A stretch of DNA of 63,881 nt, filler included, from Intoshia linei (lineage: Eukaryota; Animalia; Orthonectida), in the NCBI GenBank assembly GCA_001642005.1. It is 5 parts of 5 records of this genome, joined end to end, with 100 filler letters (N's around TTAATTAATTAA, not from the genome) between each part and the next. Parts side by side here need not be neighbours in the genome. Positions count along the whole stretch, not along the records: positions 1 to 26,268 come from LWCA01000476.1; 4 more parts are not named here. One strand, given 5' to 3'. The position numbers and the translations under genes are program-made. The notes below the pieces were generated by a model. That model saw nothing but the letters and a program-made list of their open reading frames with translations. It was not told where the DNA came from and did not search any database. Position 1 is the first letter of the stretch. Each line of letters starts with the position of its first letter. Shown here piece after piece: positions 11,901-24,019 of the stretch.

Positions 11901-13740
11901 AATGTTAATTGTTTAATTAAATTTTGATACAATGTAGATTACCAATTTTTGTACATTTGGGAATACCATCGCTCCATTTACCGTTTCCTTGACATCTTAA
12001 AGTTTTATATCCATTAATTTTAAACCCTTGATCACAGTAAAAAGTGACCTTTGCATCAAAAATATTAAATGGTTCTATTTTAAAAAATCCATGATTAAAG
12101 TGTATTTTATTGCAAACTGTATCTACAAGTAAAATTTAAATTTTATAGAATAATTTATATGGATATCAAATTAAAATTATTAATGATTTATGTAAAATCT
12201 AATTTTGGCTTGTTTATATTTTCTTGTATTATTAGTACAGTTGAACCTCTGTACAGTGTAACGTAAAATTGAGTTGTTATAACAAGTTACATTGTAGAGA
12301 GGTTAACAATTTTCGTTGTTAAAAATATTGCTAAAAACAATATTTATGGTTATATTCATGGAATACACTGTAGACAGGTTTAAATTTAAATTTACATTGT
12401 AACATATGACATTTTACATGTTTTATTTAATATAGGAGTAATCACCATAGCAGGGACTGGCAACCTTTTGCATTTCGTGGGCCACTTTTTTATATCAACA
12501 AATTATATGGGCCTCGTTTTTGAATATTTCCACATAATAGATTACAGTTTTATCTGAAGTGAAACGTTTCTACAACTATGTAGTATATTCAACAAAATAA
12601 AATCCATGACGATCTGGACATTCAGTATTAAAATAATTATAATAAGCCAAAAGTTTATAAATTAATAATATTAATTATTATTTATTATTTTCATTAATTA
12701 TAATTAATTATTAGTCATTATAATTATAATAGAAAATGTGTAATACGGTGTTATAATGTGGAAAAATTTAAAACTAAATCATTTATATAGATAAACAAAT
12801 GTATTAACTCAAAGGGCCACCAAAAATTATTCTGTCTGGCACTTTTAGTCCGTGGGCCACTGGTGCCGACCCTGCACTATAAGATATAATTTTAAAATCA
12901 ATGTTACATTAAAAAAAGTTACTTTATACATAGTTACATTGTACAGAGGTTCCCCTGTAGTCATAATAAAATAAATACAATTATTATAATTAAAATAATA
13001 TAATTCAATTTTAACATGGTTGCTATGTTTTAAACCGGTATAATTTGGATTTTACAAAGCGCATTTAAGCGTCTCTGCCACTACATGATGACATAAAAAA
13101 GACGCACATATGCGTATCTACCAGCTAACAAGTTAAAAATAAATTTTATTTAAAAAATGAAAAATGAAAAATCCACTTTCACCCTTATTGAATTCAAAAA
13201 GTGAATATTCTATCTATCGTATGGATTACTGTAAATTTATATAAATATACAATTACGCAAGATTTATAAAAATAAATAAAAGATCAAAAATAATAATTTG
13301 TCAAGTTTGTAACGAAAATTAAATGAAAATCCAAAGAAAAATTTAATTATTACTTTTTGCAGTTTTATAAATTTTCTATAATATACAGTTATGAATTGTT
13401 ATTTTAAAAGTTGGTAATTTATAATTTTTATTAAAATTGTTGGATTTAAGAATATTCACATTACTAACAAGTAAATTTGTAAATAACAGGAAATGTAATT
13501 AATATGTTACTTATAACTATACAGCTCTTTCCACAGAACCCGTCACACAAGCATTTTGAACGTTGATCACAGTCGATGTCGGTTTTGCAAAATGGTAAGC
13601 AGTACGTTGAATTATAAAATTTTATTTGTCGCGCACAGTCACTAATTACTGTAAAATGTATACATTTAAACCAATATAATACCATGAGTAAAAATATGAA
13701 AAAATAACAATATTATGTAAAATAGATTTTGAACAAACAT
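8919..13740 (-). CDS. lev-9: Secreted WAP + CCP/Sushi protein, LEV-9-like (about 6 exons)
   Basis: Signal peptide MFVQNLFYIILLFFHIFTHV; WAP-like CKTDIDCDQRSKCLCDGFCGKSC; CCP modules VTFYCDQGFKINGYKTLRCQGNGKWSDGIPKC, CMAGYQLIGQNNIVCKDG and YECLNGYQLIGQKYTTCFDGRW; a short alternative last exon ending ~8887 is possible. Confidence 0.75.
10071..10830 (+). mobile_element. Helitron-like family A copy in LEV-9-like intron
   Basis: ATCCTTACTTATATAATATGCTTTGTTTGTCTGTGTGTGT start; collinear with the 4371 copy over ~700 bp. Confidence 0.65.
11191..11308 (-). rRNA. 5S rRNA: 5S ribosomal RNA gene
   Basis: Minus strand AATACGGCCATACCAAGATGGAAACACCTGTTCTCGTCCGATCACAGAAGTTAAGCATCTTCGGGCTTGGTTAGTACTTGGATGGGTGACCGCCTGGGAAGACTAAGTGTCGTATT followed by an oligo-T terminator; boxes A and C intact. 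Confidence 0.97.
12238..12957. mobile_element. pogo/Tigger-like (Tc1/mariner) MITE interrupted by a hAT MITE
   Basis: TA flanks; TIR CAGTTGAACCTCTGTACAGTGTAAC vs reverse complement of the right end CAGGGGAACCTCTGTACAATGTAAC. Confidence 0.8.
12451..12874. mobile_element. hAT MITE nested in the pogo MITE
   Basis: TIRs CAGGGACTGGCAACC ... GGTGCCGACCCTG; TSD CACCATAG/CACTATAA; same family as 55439-55706 and 63530+. Confidence 0.8.
13011..13136. mobile_element. Possible piggyBac-like mini element
   Basis: TTAA at both ends; imperfect TIR TTAACATGGTTGCT vs reverse-complemented right end TTAACTTGTTAGCT. Confidence 0.35.
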
Positions 13741-13830
13741 AATAATTTAAAACAAATATAAATTTTAATCAGTGATGGAATCACTACACCAAGCAACATG
13801 CTTGTAAAATCTTGTACAATCTACTGTATA

Positions 13831-15009
13831 ATCTTTTACTCATACATAATTATAATTGAATATCTGTGTGTCTGTGTTACCGTTTAATTAAAAAAATAAC
13901 AGTCCTAGAATTTAAAAAGCCAAACTTTTATGACAATTTTTTGAGAGAAATGTTTTATCGCAAATTTCATTTCAAGAAATTGAATCCTTCACTGTCAAAA
14001 ACCAAATTAACTATTTTTTTATCAATAAAATCAGTCCTAGAATTTAAAAAAACAAATTCTGAACACGTTTTAAAATTATTAATATTGTCGTAAATCTTAA
14101 AATTAGAAACTTAAATTTCATGGCTATATCTCCAAATTGTCCTTTTTTTTAAAAATGAAAATAGTTATAGAATTTTATAAAACATGAATTGTGGGTAACT
14201 TTTAAAATTAAGAGAATTACCATAAATCGCAAACTCAAAAACTTGCCGTTTCACGATCAAAACCGCAGAATACCTTTTTTAAATAATTTAAATTTCTAGA
14301 TTTTGAAAAAAATCACAACTAATATAGTTATTTCCAGTTAACCTACAATTTTTTTTAAATTTCACAAAGTGACACTTTTATGATCAAAATTGAAGGTTGA
14401 TATACATTTTTTTATTTGGTAACTATTCTGTTAAAAAAAATATTCAAAAACTAATACAGAATTATAAAAAAAGATTATTCTGGTACAGTTTATTCCAGTT
14501 GATATATATAAAAAAATTTAACCACAAGAATCTACGAATTCCTGTATAAAATAACTTTTAATATATTATCAACCAATATTTTCAAATTTTTTGAAAACTA
14601 AAAGTAAAATTAAATTAAAACTGAAAATTTAAATATTTATTCTACAATTTTAAAAAAAGTTGGAATTGACCGTATACATATTTGAAATACAGAAATATGG
14701 GTTTCAATCTCATAAATTGATTTCTTCTGCTTTTTTATCATTGCTACGCAATTTCTCACCTTCAAAAACTTTGAAAGTTTAGAATCAACTTAAATATAAC
14801 TTTGATAATAATATAAATGTTGTAAAATTATTTTATTTAAAATTCATGACAGAAAGAGAAGTATGTACTACAGGCATTTAGATTTTTATTTTTTTTTGAA
14901 TTCGTCTTATTTATGACTTTTTTTCAGGGTTTGTCTATAATCACTTAAAAATTCGGCCTTCGGTAAAGCTAGCTGCTGTTTGTACAAACTACACAAACGT
15001 CAAACTTAG
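13831..15009 (+). mobile_element. Probable full-length non-autonomous Helitron (family A)
   Basis: A|TC 5' end with TGTGTGTCTGTG; ~130-bp internal subunits; 3' hairpin GTTTGTACAAAC region followed by CTTAG|T. Confidence 0.6.
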
Positions 15010-15442
15010 TATATAATATATCATACATGTAAGATAGTAAATTGTTGTCTTATTATTATATTTATTTACAAAATTGAAACTTTGATCTCGTATTTCACGA
15101 TAACAAAACAAATGATACTCTCAATTTTTGGTTTGCATTGAATTTATGAAAGTTCAGTGTATACTTAAAAAACTTAAATTTACGTTATAAATTATTAAAT
15201 TATCTTGTACTATTTATTAGGTTTTCCTAGAGTATGTCGTTTATTTACAAGTTAATATTGTTTGAAAACTTACAAAAATAAACAATGAATGACATAAAAA
15301 TGCAGTTATGTCCTAATTTTTGTAATTATTATAAAATTTAATGTAGATCATTCATTATAAAAATATCATGTTAAATTTTAATGACCATATAACATAAAAA
15401 ACATATACATTAATTTTTAATTGATATATTCTATTAAAAAAA

Positions 15443-16451
15443 ATGCTTATTAATTTGATGGATGTAAACGAAAAGGATTACGAATGTATACAAGAAATTA
15501 GAAAGAAAATAATAGATATCCCTGGAGGAATAGTGTTCATTAGAAAGTAAATAACGTAAGATACCTACGTGTTTACGTTCAATTTAGGAGATTTGAAAGT
15601 CAATTTTACAGAAATGAAGATTGTCAAGTTTCCAAACAAAATTTTTGTACCTTTTTACAAGAAAATGGTATCTACTTACAAAACCACATAATTATTCCAA
15701 TATTGGATTTAATTTCCAAAGATGAAGGAAATGTCGATTTTGAAAGATTTTTAGTTTTTTTGAGGGTTTTTGCATTATTTATGGGTATAATTTTATAATA
15801 GGGTCCATTATCAAAATCTACTCGACGAACAATTGAAAAAGCTTTTAATAAAGCTGATGTAACATGCAAGAGTTTTCTAGATTATCATGATGTTATCAGT
15901 GCATACGATGTTGAAAATGTGAGCGAATATAAATCCGGTCAAATGACGCGATTACAATTACAGCATCAATTTATCAACAACTTTTTACCAAAGGATAGAC
16001 ATAACTGTATTAAAAAGGTACTTATTTAAATTTTTTTATTAGCTTAAAAGTTTAATAGAAAGGTCAAGATAATTTTTGTGAGCATTAGATTAGAACCACA
16101 TATATGCGTTTACAAAGTCATCTCGAAAATTAGTTGCCATTTTTTGTTATGATGAAAAGTTTTTAGGGTGATTTCGATGACTTTTGGGCAACATTAATTT
16201 TTAGCCCTTTTTTGTTTTAATTAGTTTTCACTAAACCAAAACAAGATACCTGTGAGGTTGCACCTTAATTAATTTTTTCTTTTTAATTATAGTAATAATG
16301 TACAAATAATACGTTTTATTCATATTTATATGAACATTTTTAGATAATTATAACACCACAAGATTTTTTTGATTACTACATTGGAATCAGCTACAAATTG
16401 GAAAATTATCCCAACTTCAACATTGTAGTAGTTACAAATTGGAGATTATAA
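15443..16451 (+). CDS. CAPSL: Calcyphosine-like EF-hand protein, 4 exons
   Basis: Spliced ...GNVDFERFLVFLR|GPLSKSTRRTIEKAFNKADV...YKSGQMTR...FINNF...|IIITPQDFFDYYIGISYKLE...VTNWRL*; start could be 15458. Confidence 0.8.
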
Positions 16452-16609
16452 AATGATAATATTATTTATGAGTTTTTTGTGTCAATAAAATTTTGATTAT
16501 TTTTAGTTTACAATAGTTGACTGTTATGTGCTTGGTATAAACAGTACTTAACTCTGCCGAGGGCGGGGTTTTTAATTTTTCCAAAAAAATAAATTCAATA
16601 ACAAAATGT

Positions 16610-16990
16610 ATCCTTATTTACATAATATGCTTTGCATCATTTGTTTGTGTGTGTTACCGTTTATTTTAATAACTACAAGTCTTAGAATTTTATAAAGTTC
16701 ACATTTTAATTAGTTTTTTCCGGGATGTTAGCAAAATAAATTTCAACCTTCCAAACTCAGATCTTACGGGTCAAAAAGCCCAATTGTCATTTTTTTGAAA
16801 ATCAAACCAGTCGAGAATTTAAAAAAATATATATTGATACGCATTTTAAAATCATTATTATTATTATAAATTTAAATACAAAATGTATCTTCAAGGCCAA
16901 AATCCCAAAATGGCCCTTTTTTTGATGAAAACAGCCCTAGAATTTAAAAAGATGTACGGGTGGTACAGTTGTATCCTGTTAACACACTTA
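16610..16990 (+). mobile_element. Helitron-like family A copy (truncated)
   Basis: ATCCTTATTTACATAATATGC start; collinear with the 4371 and 10071 copies. Confidence 0.6.
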
Positions 16991-17752
16991 TTTATGTAAT
17001 AATTTTTATAGACGTTTTAAAAATACCATTTTAAATAACCGAAATTTGAACGTCTATAAAAACCACAAAAATCGAGCTAGATTTAAATTTTAAAAATTAA
17101 AATGTGTAGTAAAGTGTGGGCGTTAAGACCATAAAATAAAAACCATGACAACTTACCACAATGTTGTTTTTGTAAATAAATAAAGTCACATTTAAATTTG
17201 TATATACGCTTTTCAAATGGATATTTAAAATGATGAGCGCAACTCGAATTGGCATCTTTGAAACACCCCATTCTAGAATATTTTATATATTATGATAATA
17301 CACCATTTCCGCACTAATCGCCCTTAATTCTTTATGGTTGTGACACCCTAGTGTAGACTGGAAATATTGTTTTAAATTTGATTTTTTATTAACCTGTAGG
17401 ACTTTCATTTTAAATAAAAGAGTAATCGATCAGTCTCAGAATGTATATTTTATAAGATTCTAGGTCTCATTGATACACATGTAATAGACACACATCACTA
17501 ATCGTCTCATCGTAGTTTAAATTGTACAGTTATATATACTGAATTGATAATGTTGTTTAATTAGTGGATATGGTTACCACACTGTCTCCTACATTTTTAG
17601 AGTTAGCAAGCGTACCCTCATGATGAGGGCCTCATCTCTAATACAAATACACTTGTCAATTTATTCACCATTAGCGATTAACCAACGTAATATAAAACTA
17701 TGCAACCTTATTGACAAATTAATTTGAATATTTAAAATTAATTCAGTTTGGG

Positions 17753-20700
17753 ATGGACACAGAAGATAAAGGATTATATTATCTCAATTTTCCAGAAGAA
17801 ATTAATGAATTGTTTTTAAATGTAAGTTATAAATAAGAAATATTATTAACATGTAAATGAAATTCAAATATAAAGTAAACGAATAACACGACATTGTACG
17901 GTACCAAGATTTTAACTTTTTTTAACATAAATTCATAACTAAAGTCAATAAAGTTATCCTAGTTTGGGACATTTTTGAAAAATACCCCAACAAACAAAAA
18001 CAAACCAAAAGCGGACAATGAGAAAACCCACACTAGTAGTATTAACAATATATATAATACAATATACAAATATAAATGAATTATTACAACCTTCGCTAGC
18101 GTAACGTAGGTAGGGCAAAATACTTGAAATTATTTTTCCAGATAATATCGTATTCTGTATCTGCCAATTACAAAATAATTTTCGTTGTAATTTTTAACGA
18201 GTTTTATTTTTTGAATTTTTACTCCTACAGAAAGAGAACTCAAAAAAGCTTTAATGGTGAGTGTAGTGTTAATGAGAACTGCCCTCCGCAGAAACAATGG
18301 CAATATATTGTCTTAAATTTTAAAGTAATTGTAAATATGTAATTTAATTTTTTTTATTTTTCCAATCTGTATAACTTTTGTAATCTGACGAGAATAGATA
18401 ATTTCATTTTTGACGTTCCATTTGAAATAAGTATTTTAGATTCTACCCGACGATCAAGTAAACGAACTGAAAAATTTTGATGAAGTTGAAGTGATAAACA
18501 AATTATTTTCAGACCAAAATTCATTAGGAAAACTAGACGAAACGATAGAAAAGGTGCAATACCGAATAAATGAAATTAACGTTGAAATAAAATCAGTAAT
18601 ACGACAACAAGACAGTGTGAGCAAGGTAGGCCAAACGGCTCTGAATAATTCGTCGGTAGCTATAAGCGAATTGGTAAACAAAATTAGCGAAATTTGCGAC
18701 AAAGCTTCAGAGTCGGAAAAAGCAATAAGTTTAATAACAAAAGATGTACGACATTTAGACAACTGTAAAAAGAATATAATTGAAACTATAAAAATGTTAA
18801 ATCAAGTGCAACTGGTAATAAGTGGGCTGGATTCATTGGGAAAATTATCTCTTACGAAAAATTATAATGAAGTTGCCAAAAATTTGGACGGCGTGATTCA
18901 CGTAGTTCAGAATTTTAAACAATACAGACACATTGAAAGAGTTGAAAATATATTTGACAGACTTTACCAAGTTACTGAACAATTACAAACGGATATAAAG
19001 AATGATTTCAGGGATGACTTTCTATCAAAATCTCTCATTTTGGAACCATTGCCCTCAGAAATACACCAAAGACTTTTCGACCAGTGCAGTGTGATAAATA
19101 TACTGGGAGATGTACCCCGTGAAAAGTTTTTAACATGGCTAATCAATGAACAGTTGAATAATTATCGAAATATATTTGCTTGTAACTTGAAAGAAAGTTC
19201 CTTGGATTGTATCAACAATAGGTACAGATGGATTAAAAAGTTTTTGATATTTTATGGTAAACATTATACACCCGTTTTCCCACCATCTTGGGAAATTTGT
19301 GAGCGAGTATGTAAAAAAATGTGTGAAATTACTTTTCATGACATAAAGAGAATGTTGAAAGAAAACGAAAGTACAATAGAAATTGGCACGTTTATTCATT
19401 GTATCAAAAAAACGTTAGAATTTGAAAATATATGCAATCAACGTTTTTCGGGAAGCACTTTTGATGAACCCATGAGTGAACATTTTAACGGGTTTTCAAG
19501 GTTAATATCTAGTAGTTTTTCAGATTGTTTAGGGATATATTTAAATTCACAGCAAAAAGCATTGTCTGAATTGATGTTGGGGTTTGAAAAGTCATTAGAT
19601 AAAATTGCGACAAACCCTTTCACAAAAGAAGATGAAAACGAAAAATCAGATGCGCTTACTCCAGTAAACATTTACCCTTCCGTGTCAGAACTGTTTATAT
19701 TTTTCAAAAATACCCTCCAATTGGTAGGATCTCTCATGACCCATGAATACATTCACTATTTTGCAGACATGTTTAAACAGTTTTTGATTGAATACAGTAA
19801 ACGCGTTTTAGTCAATAGAATTCCAAAGAGCAGTTCGTTTTCCATTGCATCTGTAGGATTTACTAGTACGTCAATTTTACAAAGCATAGTCAATTCTACT
19901 TCCAATAAAAACGAAAGAGATGACATCACTATTGCTTTGGAAAATGCTAAAGTTGACACACTGGAAAATGACGCTAGTTTTGTAGACATTTTAAATTTAA
20001 ATAACATGTCAAATTCCAATGAAATGCAACGATTAAATATACCCGTCAACGACCAACATGTAATATCTCGCATTTTATGTTCTAGTGAATATTGTTTTGA
20101 AACTATCAAAAAGTTGGAAGAAAAATTCAATCAACTCATTTATGGTGTTTCCGGTTCCATTAAATCTACTGAACCTAAGAATATGCGATCGGTCAGTTTT
20201 ATTAAAATTTCTCATGTTTTTTCTTGCATCATTGTCAAATGTGTGTCAATGTTGGTTGGACATTTGGAATACCACGTTGATTCTCATTTGGTTTCTATGA
20301 GTAAGTTAAATTGGCAAAATGTGACAACTGTTTCGGAAACTAGCAATTATGTCATTTGCATTCAACGACTCGTCAAAGAAAATATTCCTAGAACCAGATT
20401 TTTACTTGCCAATAGTAGAAAATATTTTATGGATTACTGTATAAAATTTGCAAAGTATCTGTCTTTATTATTTTATTAACATATTCTCCTAGGTATTTTG
20501 TTTCAAGATATCACGTGTGCTTGTATAAATGCAAAAATATTAGCCTTATGGGAGCAGAACAAGTAAAATATTATATTATCATTTTATTGTACCTGTTGTT
20601 TTAAACGGTGGTATTAAATAGCACAGCTAATCTAAAAAATTTTTTGGTAACGATTTATTTTATTTACTTAACTTTCCAGGGGGGTTTTTTTATTTACCTA

Positions 20701-21762
20701 ACTTGCAAGAGGGTTTTAAGATCCCGGGGAAAAACTGAAATGGAAATGTTTAATTTTTAAAATTATATGACTCTTAGTTATTGAAATAAACGATAACACA
20801 CAGATAGACAAACAAAGTCTTTTATACAAGTTAGTTCATTCTAGAAATTTGACTTTTTTAGATGATAATAAGCCAAACAGTGTTGAAACGCTTATTGATA
20901 TAAGTCGATGGTCTGTGCTAGACCGAACATACTGCATCGAGGGCCTATTCGGCCCTCCAACTGATTTTTTATAAAATGGGGTAATCATTTTTCCTATTTT
21001 TTAATTTAAAAAAATTATATTTCTCTTTTGAACCAGATTGGGTTGAAAATGTTGGGGCGACAGAGTTCTATTATAATAATCAGAATATTTTAACTTTTAT
21101 TAGCTGATGAACGATACCTTGTATTTAAAATATATTTTTGAAAAATTACCATCAATTGAAGCAGAAATTGTTCGCAACCCTCCAAATTCGTAATCTTACA
21201 GTAATTACGAATTTATTTTTTTTAGATACTTATCTGTTGTTGTTACAGGATTTGAAAGATCAGAATCAATATTAAAAGTAATTTATTAATTTTATAAAAT
21301 TACACACACATTAGATCATTTTATCCACCTCTGATGATATTCCTGTATTTGTTCAAACATGCATGGAAAACTTACCGGATATATCCTTAAACGAATTTCA
21401 AAAAATTTTAACCATGAAGGTAACATTTTAATTTTATAATATTAAAATACATGTTTTTTACTAATAACCAAAAGGCTAATTACTAAGGTTAAAAAATTGA
21501 TAATTAATTATAAAAATAGGGTCTAAAAAGATCTGACATCAATATATGCATTCAAATATTTAAAAATACCTACCAAGCTTCAATAACTTATACAAAACCA
21601 GTTAAAACTGAAGAACCAATTAAAGAAAACCAAACTGAAAAAACCACACCCAAAATTGTTATAAACGAAAAAAATTCAACCCGTCAATTTTTTAACACAC
21701 AGAAACAAATTAGTATTGAAAATAATATACAACGTTTGGATCAAATCATTGAAGAATCTTAA
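17753..21762 (+). CDS. VPS53: Vacuolar protein sorting 53 (GARP/EARP subunit)
   Basis: INKLFSDQNSL, KASESEKAISLITKDVRHLDNCKKNI, RYRWIKKFL, VFPPSWEI, LCSSEYCFET, MGAEQ|LMNDT, EFQKILTMK|GLKRSD; one ~2-kb exon plus 6 small exons. Confidence 0.93.
20650..20835 (-). mobile_element. Helitron-like family A 5' fragment in VPS53 intron
   Basis: Reverse complement CTTGTATAAAAGACTTTGTTTGTCTATCTGTGTGTTATCGTTTATTTCAATAACT matches the family A 5' end. Confidence 0.55.
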
Positions 21763-21927
21763 TTTTTGATTTTTTTGATAGGCAATAAATTTTCATTTAC
21801 ATAAAGCTAGGGTATTATATTAGTTGAAATATTAAAAAACTAAACTGATGAGTGAAAAATTTGAAATTATGAATACAAATCAAAAAGAAGAATCAAAATA
21901 GTATATTTACCACTAATCAAGTTACAG

Positions 21928-22311
21928 TTAATCTGTTGCAGCTGATCCCGTCTTTTTGGGTAACAACGAAGGAGCAATATTCGGTAACACACCACCTTGA
22001 GCAATGGTAATATTCGCCAACAATCGACTCAATTCTTCGTCATTTCTGATTGCCAATTGCAAGTGCCTTGGAATGATTCGAGTCTTTTTATTGTCTCTCG
22101 CCGCATTTCCGGCTAATTCTAGTACCTCAGCCGCCAAATATTCCATTACAGCTGCTAGGTAAACTGGAGCACCGGCGCCAACACGATTTGCAAAGTTTCC
22201 CTTCCTCAAATGTCTGTGAACTCGACCAACAGGAAACTGCAATCCAGCTTTAGATGATCGACTTTTTGATTTAGCAGATTTCGCCTTTCCAGATTTACCA
22301 CGACCAGACAT
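21928..22311 (-). CDS. H2A: Histone H2A (canonical-type, intronless)
   Basis: [94 protein letters not shown]... Confidence 0.98.
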   Translation of the reverse strand: MSGRGKSGKAKSAKSKSRSSKAGLQFPVGRVHRHLRKGNFANRVGAGAPVYLAAVMEYLAAEVLELAGNAARDNKKTRIIPRHLQLAIRNDEELSRLLANITIAQGGVLPNIAPSLLPKKTGSAATD

Positions 22312-22533
22312 TTTATAAGTTATTAATAAAGTAAGCAAATAAAAATAAATTGAAAAATTATTTATTTACTCTTATCTAAATATATGCGCGCTGAAATTCA
22401 GCTGCTGAATAGATAACACGATCGTTTATTAGGAAACGTTTAAATTAAAAAAAATTAATGATAGATTTATCAAAAAAGTTAATTTTAGACTGGCATAATT
22501 TAATGATTCACAAAACAAGAAAAAAGGTATTTA

Positions 22534-23165
22534 TTAAGTTTTTAAAACTTTATAATTTGTGTATAACAATTTAAAACTAGATGATATAAATACAATGTTG
22601 AGAATTATGGAAAGATTGTATTTTTGGGATAATAATTCCTTTTGATTTAACAGTTTTGTGATGAAATCAATTGATATAAACCCTAAATATTTCATAAATT
22701 AAAAAAAAAAATTTATGTAAATACCGAGAGAATTCATTAAAACTGGTATGGAAATGGAATATATGGTAATAAACACGGCATTTATAATCAAATACAGGAG
22801 TAAATTGTAATTTTCGAATCTTACAAATTTACCAATATATTTGTTACAACAATAACATCCTATTAATGAGGTTATTGAGAAAAATCTAAATTAAAATTAA
22901 TTTCATATTAATAACAATTACAGTATGCAAATTGAATTTACAATGTTGTGAGTTAAAACAGGTAAAAGCTGACCAATTAAACCATTTTCTGGATTAAATG
23001 TTAGACCAGAATGGTGAGAAATTTTATTGAAATAAAGATTAGTGTCTTCGTAGTAATAGGTACAAATAATGTTGAATAGATTAACAAGGATTGAAACAAT
23101 TTGGTATATCTAAGTTGATGTTATAATAATACATACATAATAATGTAATACAGTTTTAAAACCAT
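22534..23165 (-). CDS. Multi-pass membrane protein resembling the C-terminal part of LMBR1/LIMR; 5' end uncertain
   Basis: Three exons splice in frame: ...HNIVNSICIL|FFSITSLIGCY...YLIINAVFITIYSISIPVLMNSL|GFISIDF...; resembles the LMBR1 motif SSALPVxSRTLGITRFD as recalled; not seen in the ORF track. Confidence 0.5.
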
Positions 23166-24019
23166 TTTTTAAAATAAGTTATTTTGTAGTAAATTTTACA
23201 ATTTGTATTACAATTTAACCCAGAGTTGCCAGATTAGTTAAAGTGGCCAAAAATAAGTGTACTATCAATTTTAGTTGCATTCAACAAAATATGAAAATTG
23301 GTATTATTTAAATTTATAAACACGAGAACGGATTATTAAAATTTTCAATATACTAACTGAAATCATAAAATGAAAACTTCTAGAGTCTAGACGCGGGGGT
23401 TTTTTTGGATAAAAATTAAAAATATTAATACCATTCTGCAAATTAAGCGGTGCTCATTTTCTCATGTATGTCATTTTTATATTAGAAATGACAAGAGGGT
23501 TGCGATGCACGGATGAATTACGCGTATCAATAAATAAAATTACCAAAAAACAAAATATTGAAATTCTTATCGGTACAAAATAACGGTACAATCTATTTTG
23601 ATGGCACTAAAGCGAATGTAAATGTATACAATTTTTTTAATACCTTTTTAAAAATCATGGAGACGCTAAAATATACACCGTGAGGACTAGCATCTAAATA
23701 TTGGTATAATTAAGTTACATTTAAACAATACACGATATGTAAAGAGTCGTAAGTATACAAATGTAAGAATAGACTAGTGGAATGTACTTGAACCATAAAT
23801 CTAAAAAAATGTAAATTAAATTTAACCTCACTCGTAGAATTACCAATTAGAAAAAAGGACAATAATTTGAGAACAGGTATATTTTTGATATCAGAATAGA
23901 GGCAAATAATAACAACGACTATTCCAATCAACATTAAGCATAACATTAACAAAGTAATTAAACTTTCGTAGATGAGAGACCAAATACTCTAAATTACAAT
24001 AAATAAAATCCAACATATA

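Noticed and set aside
18454-20300. Antisense and alternative-frame ORFs over VPS53 (likewise over PC, PRC1 and the 48.5-kb gene)
   Set aside because: Shadow ORFs of real coding exons
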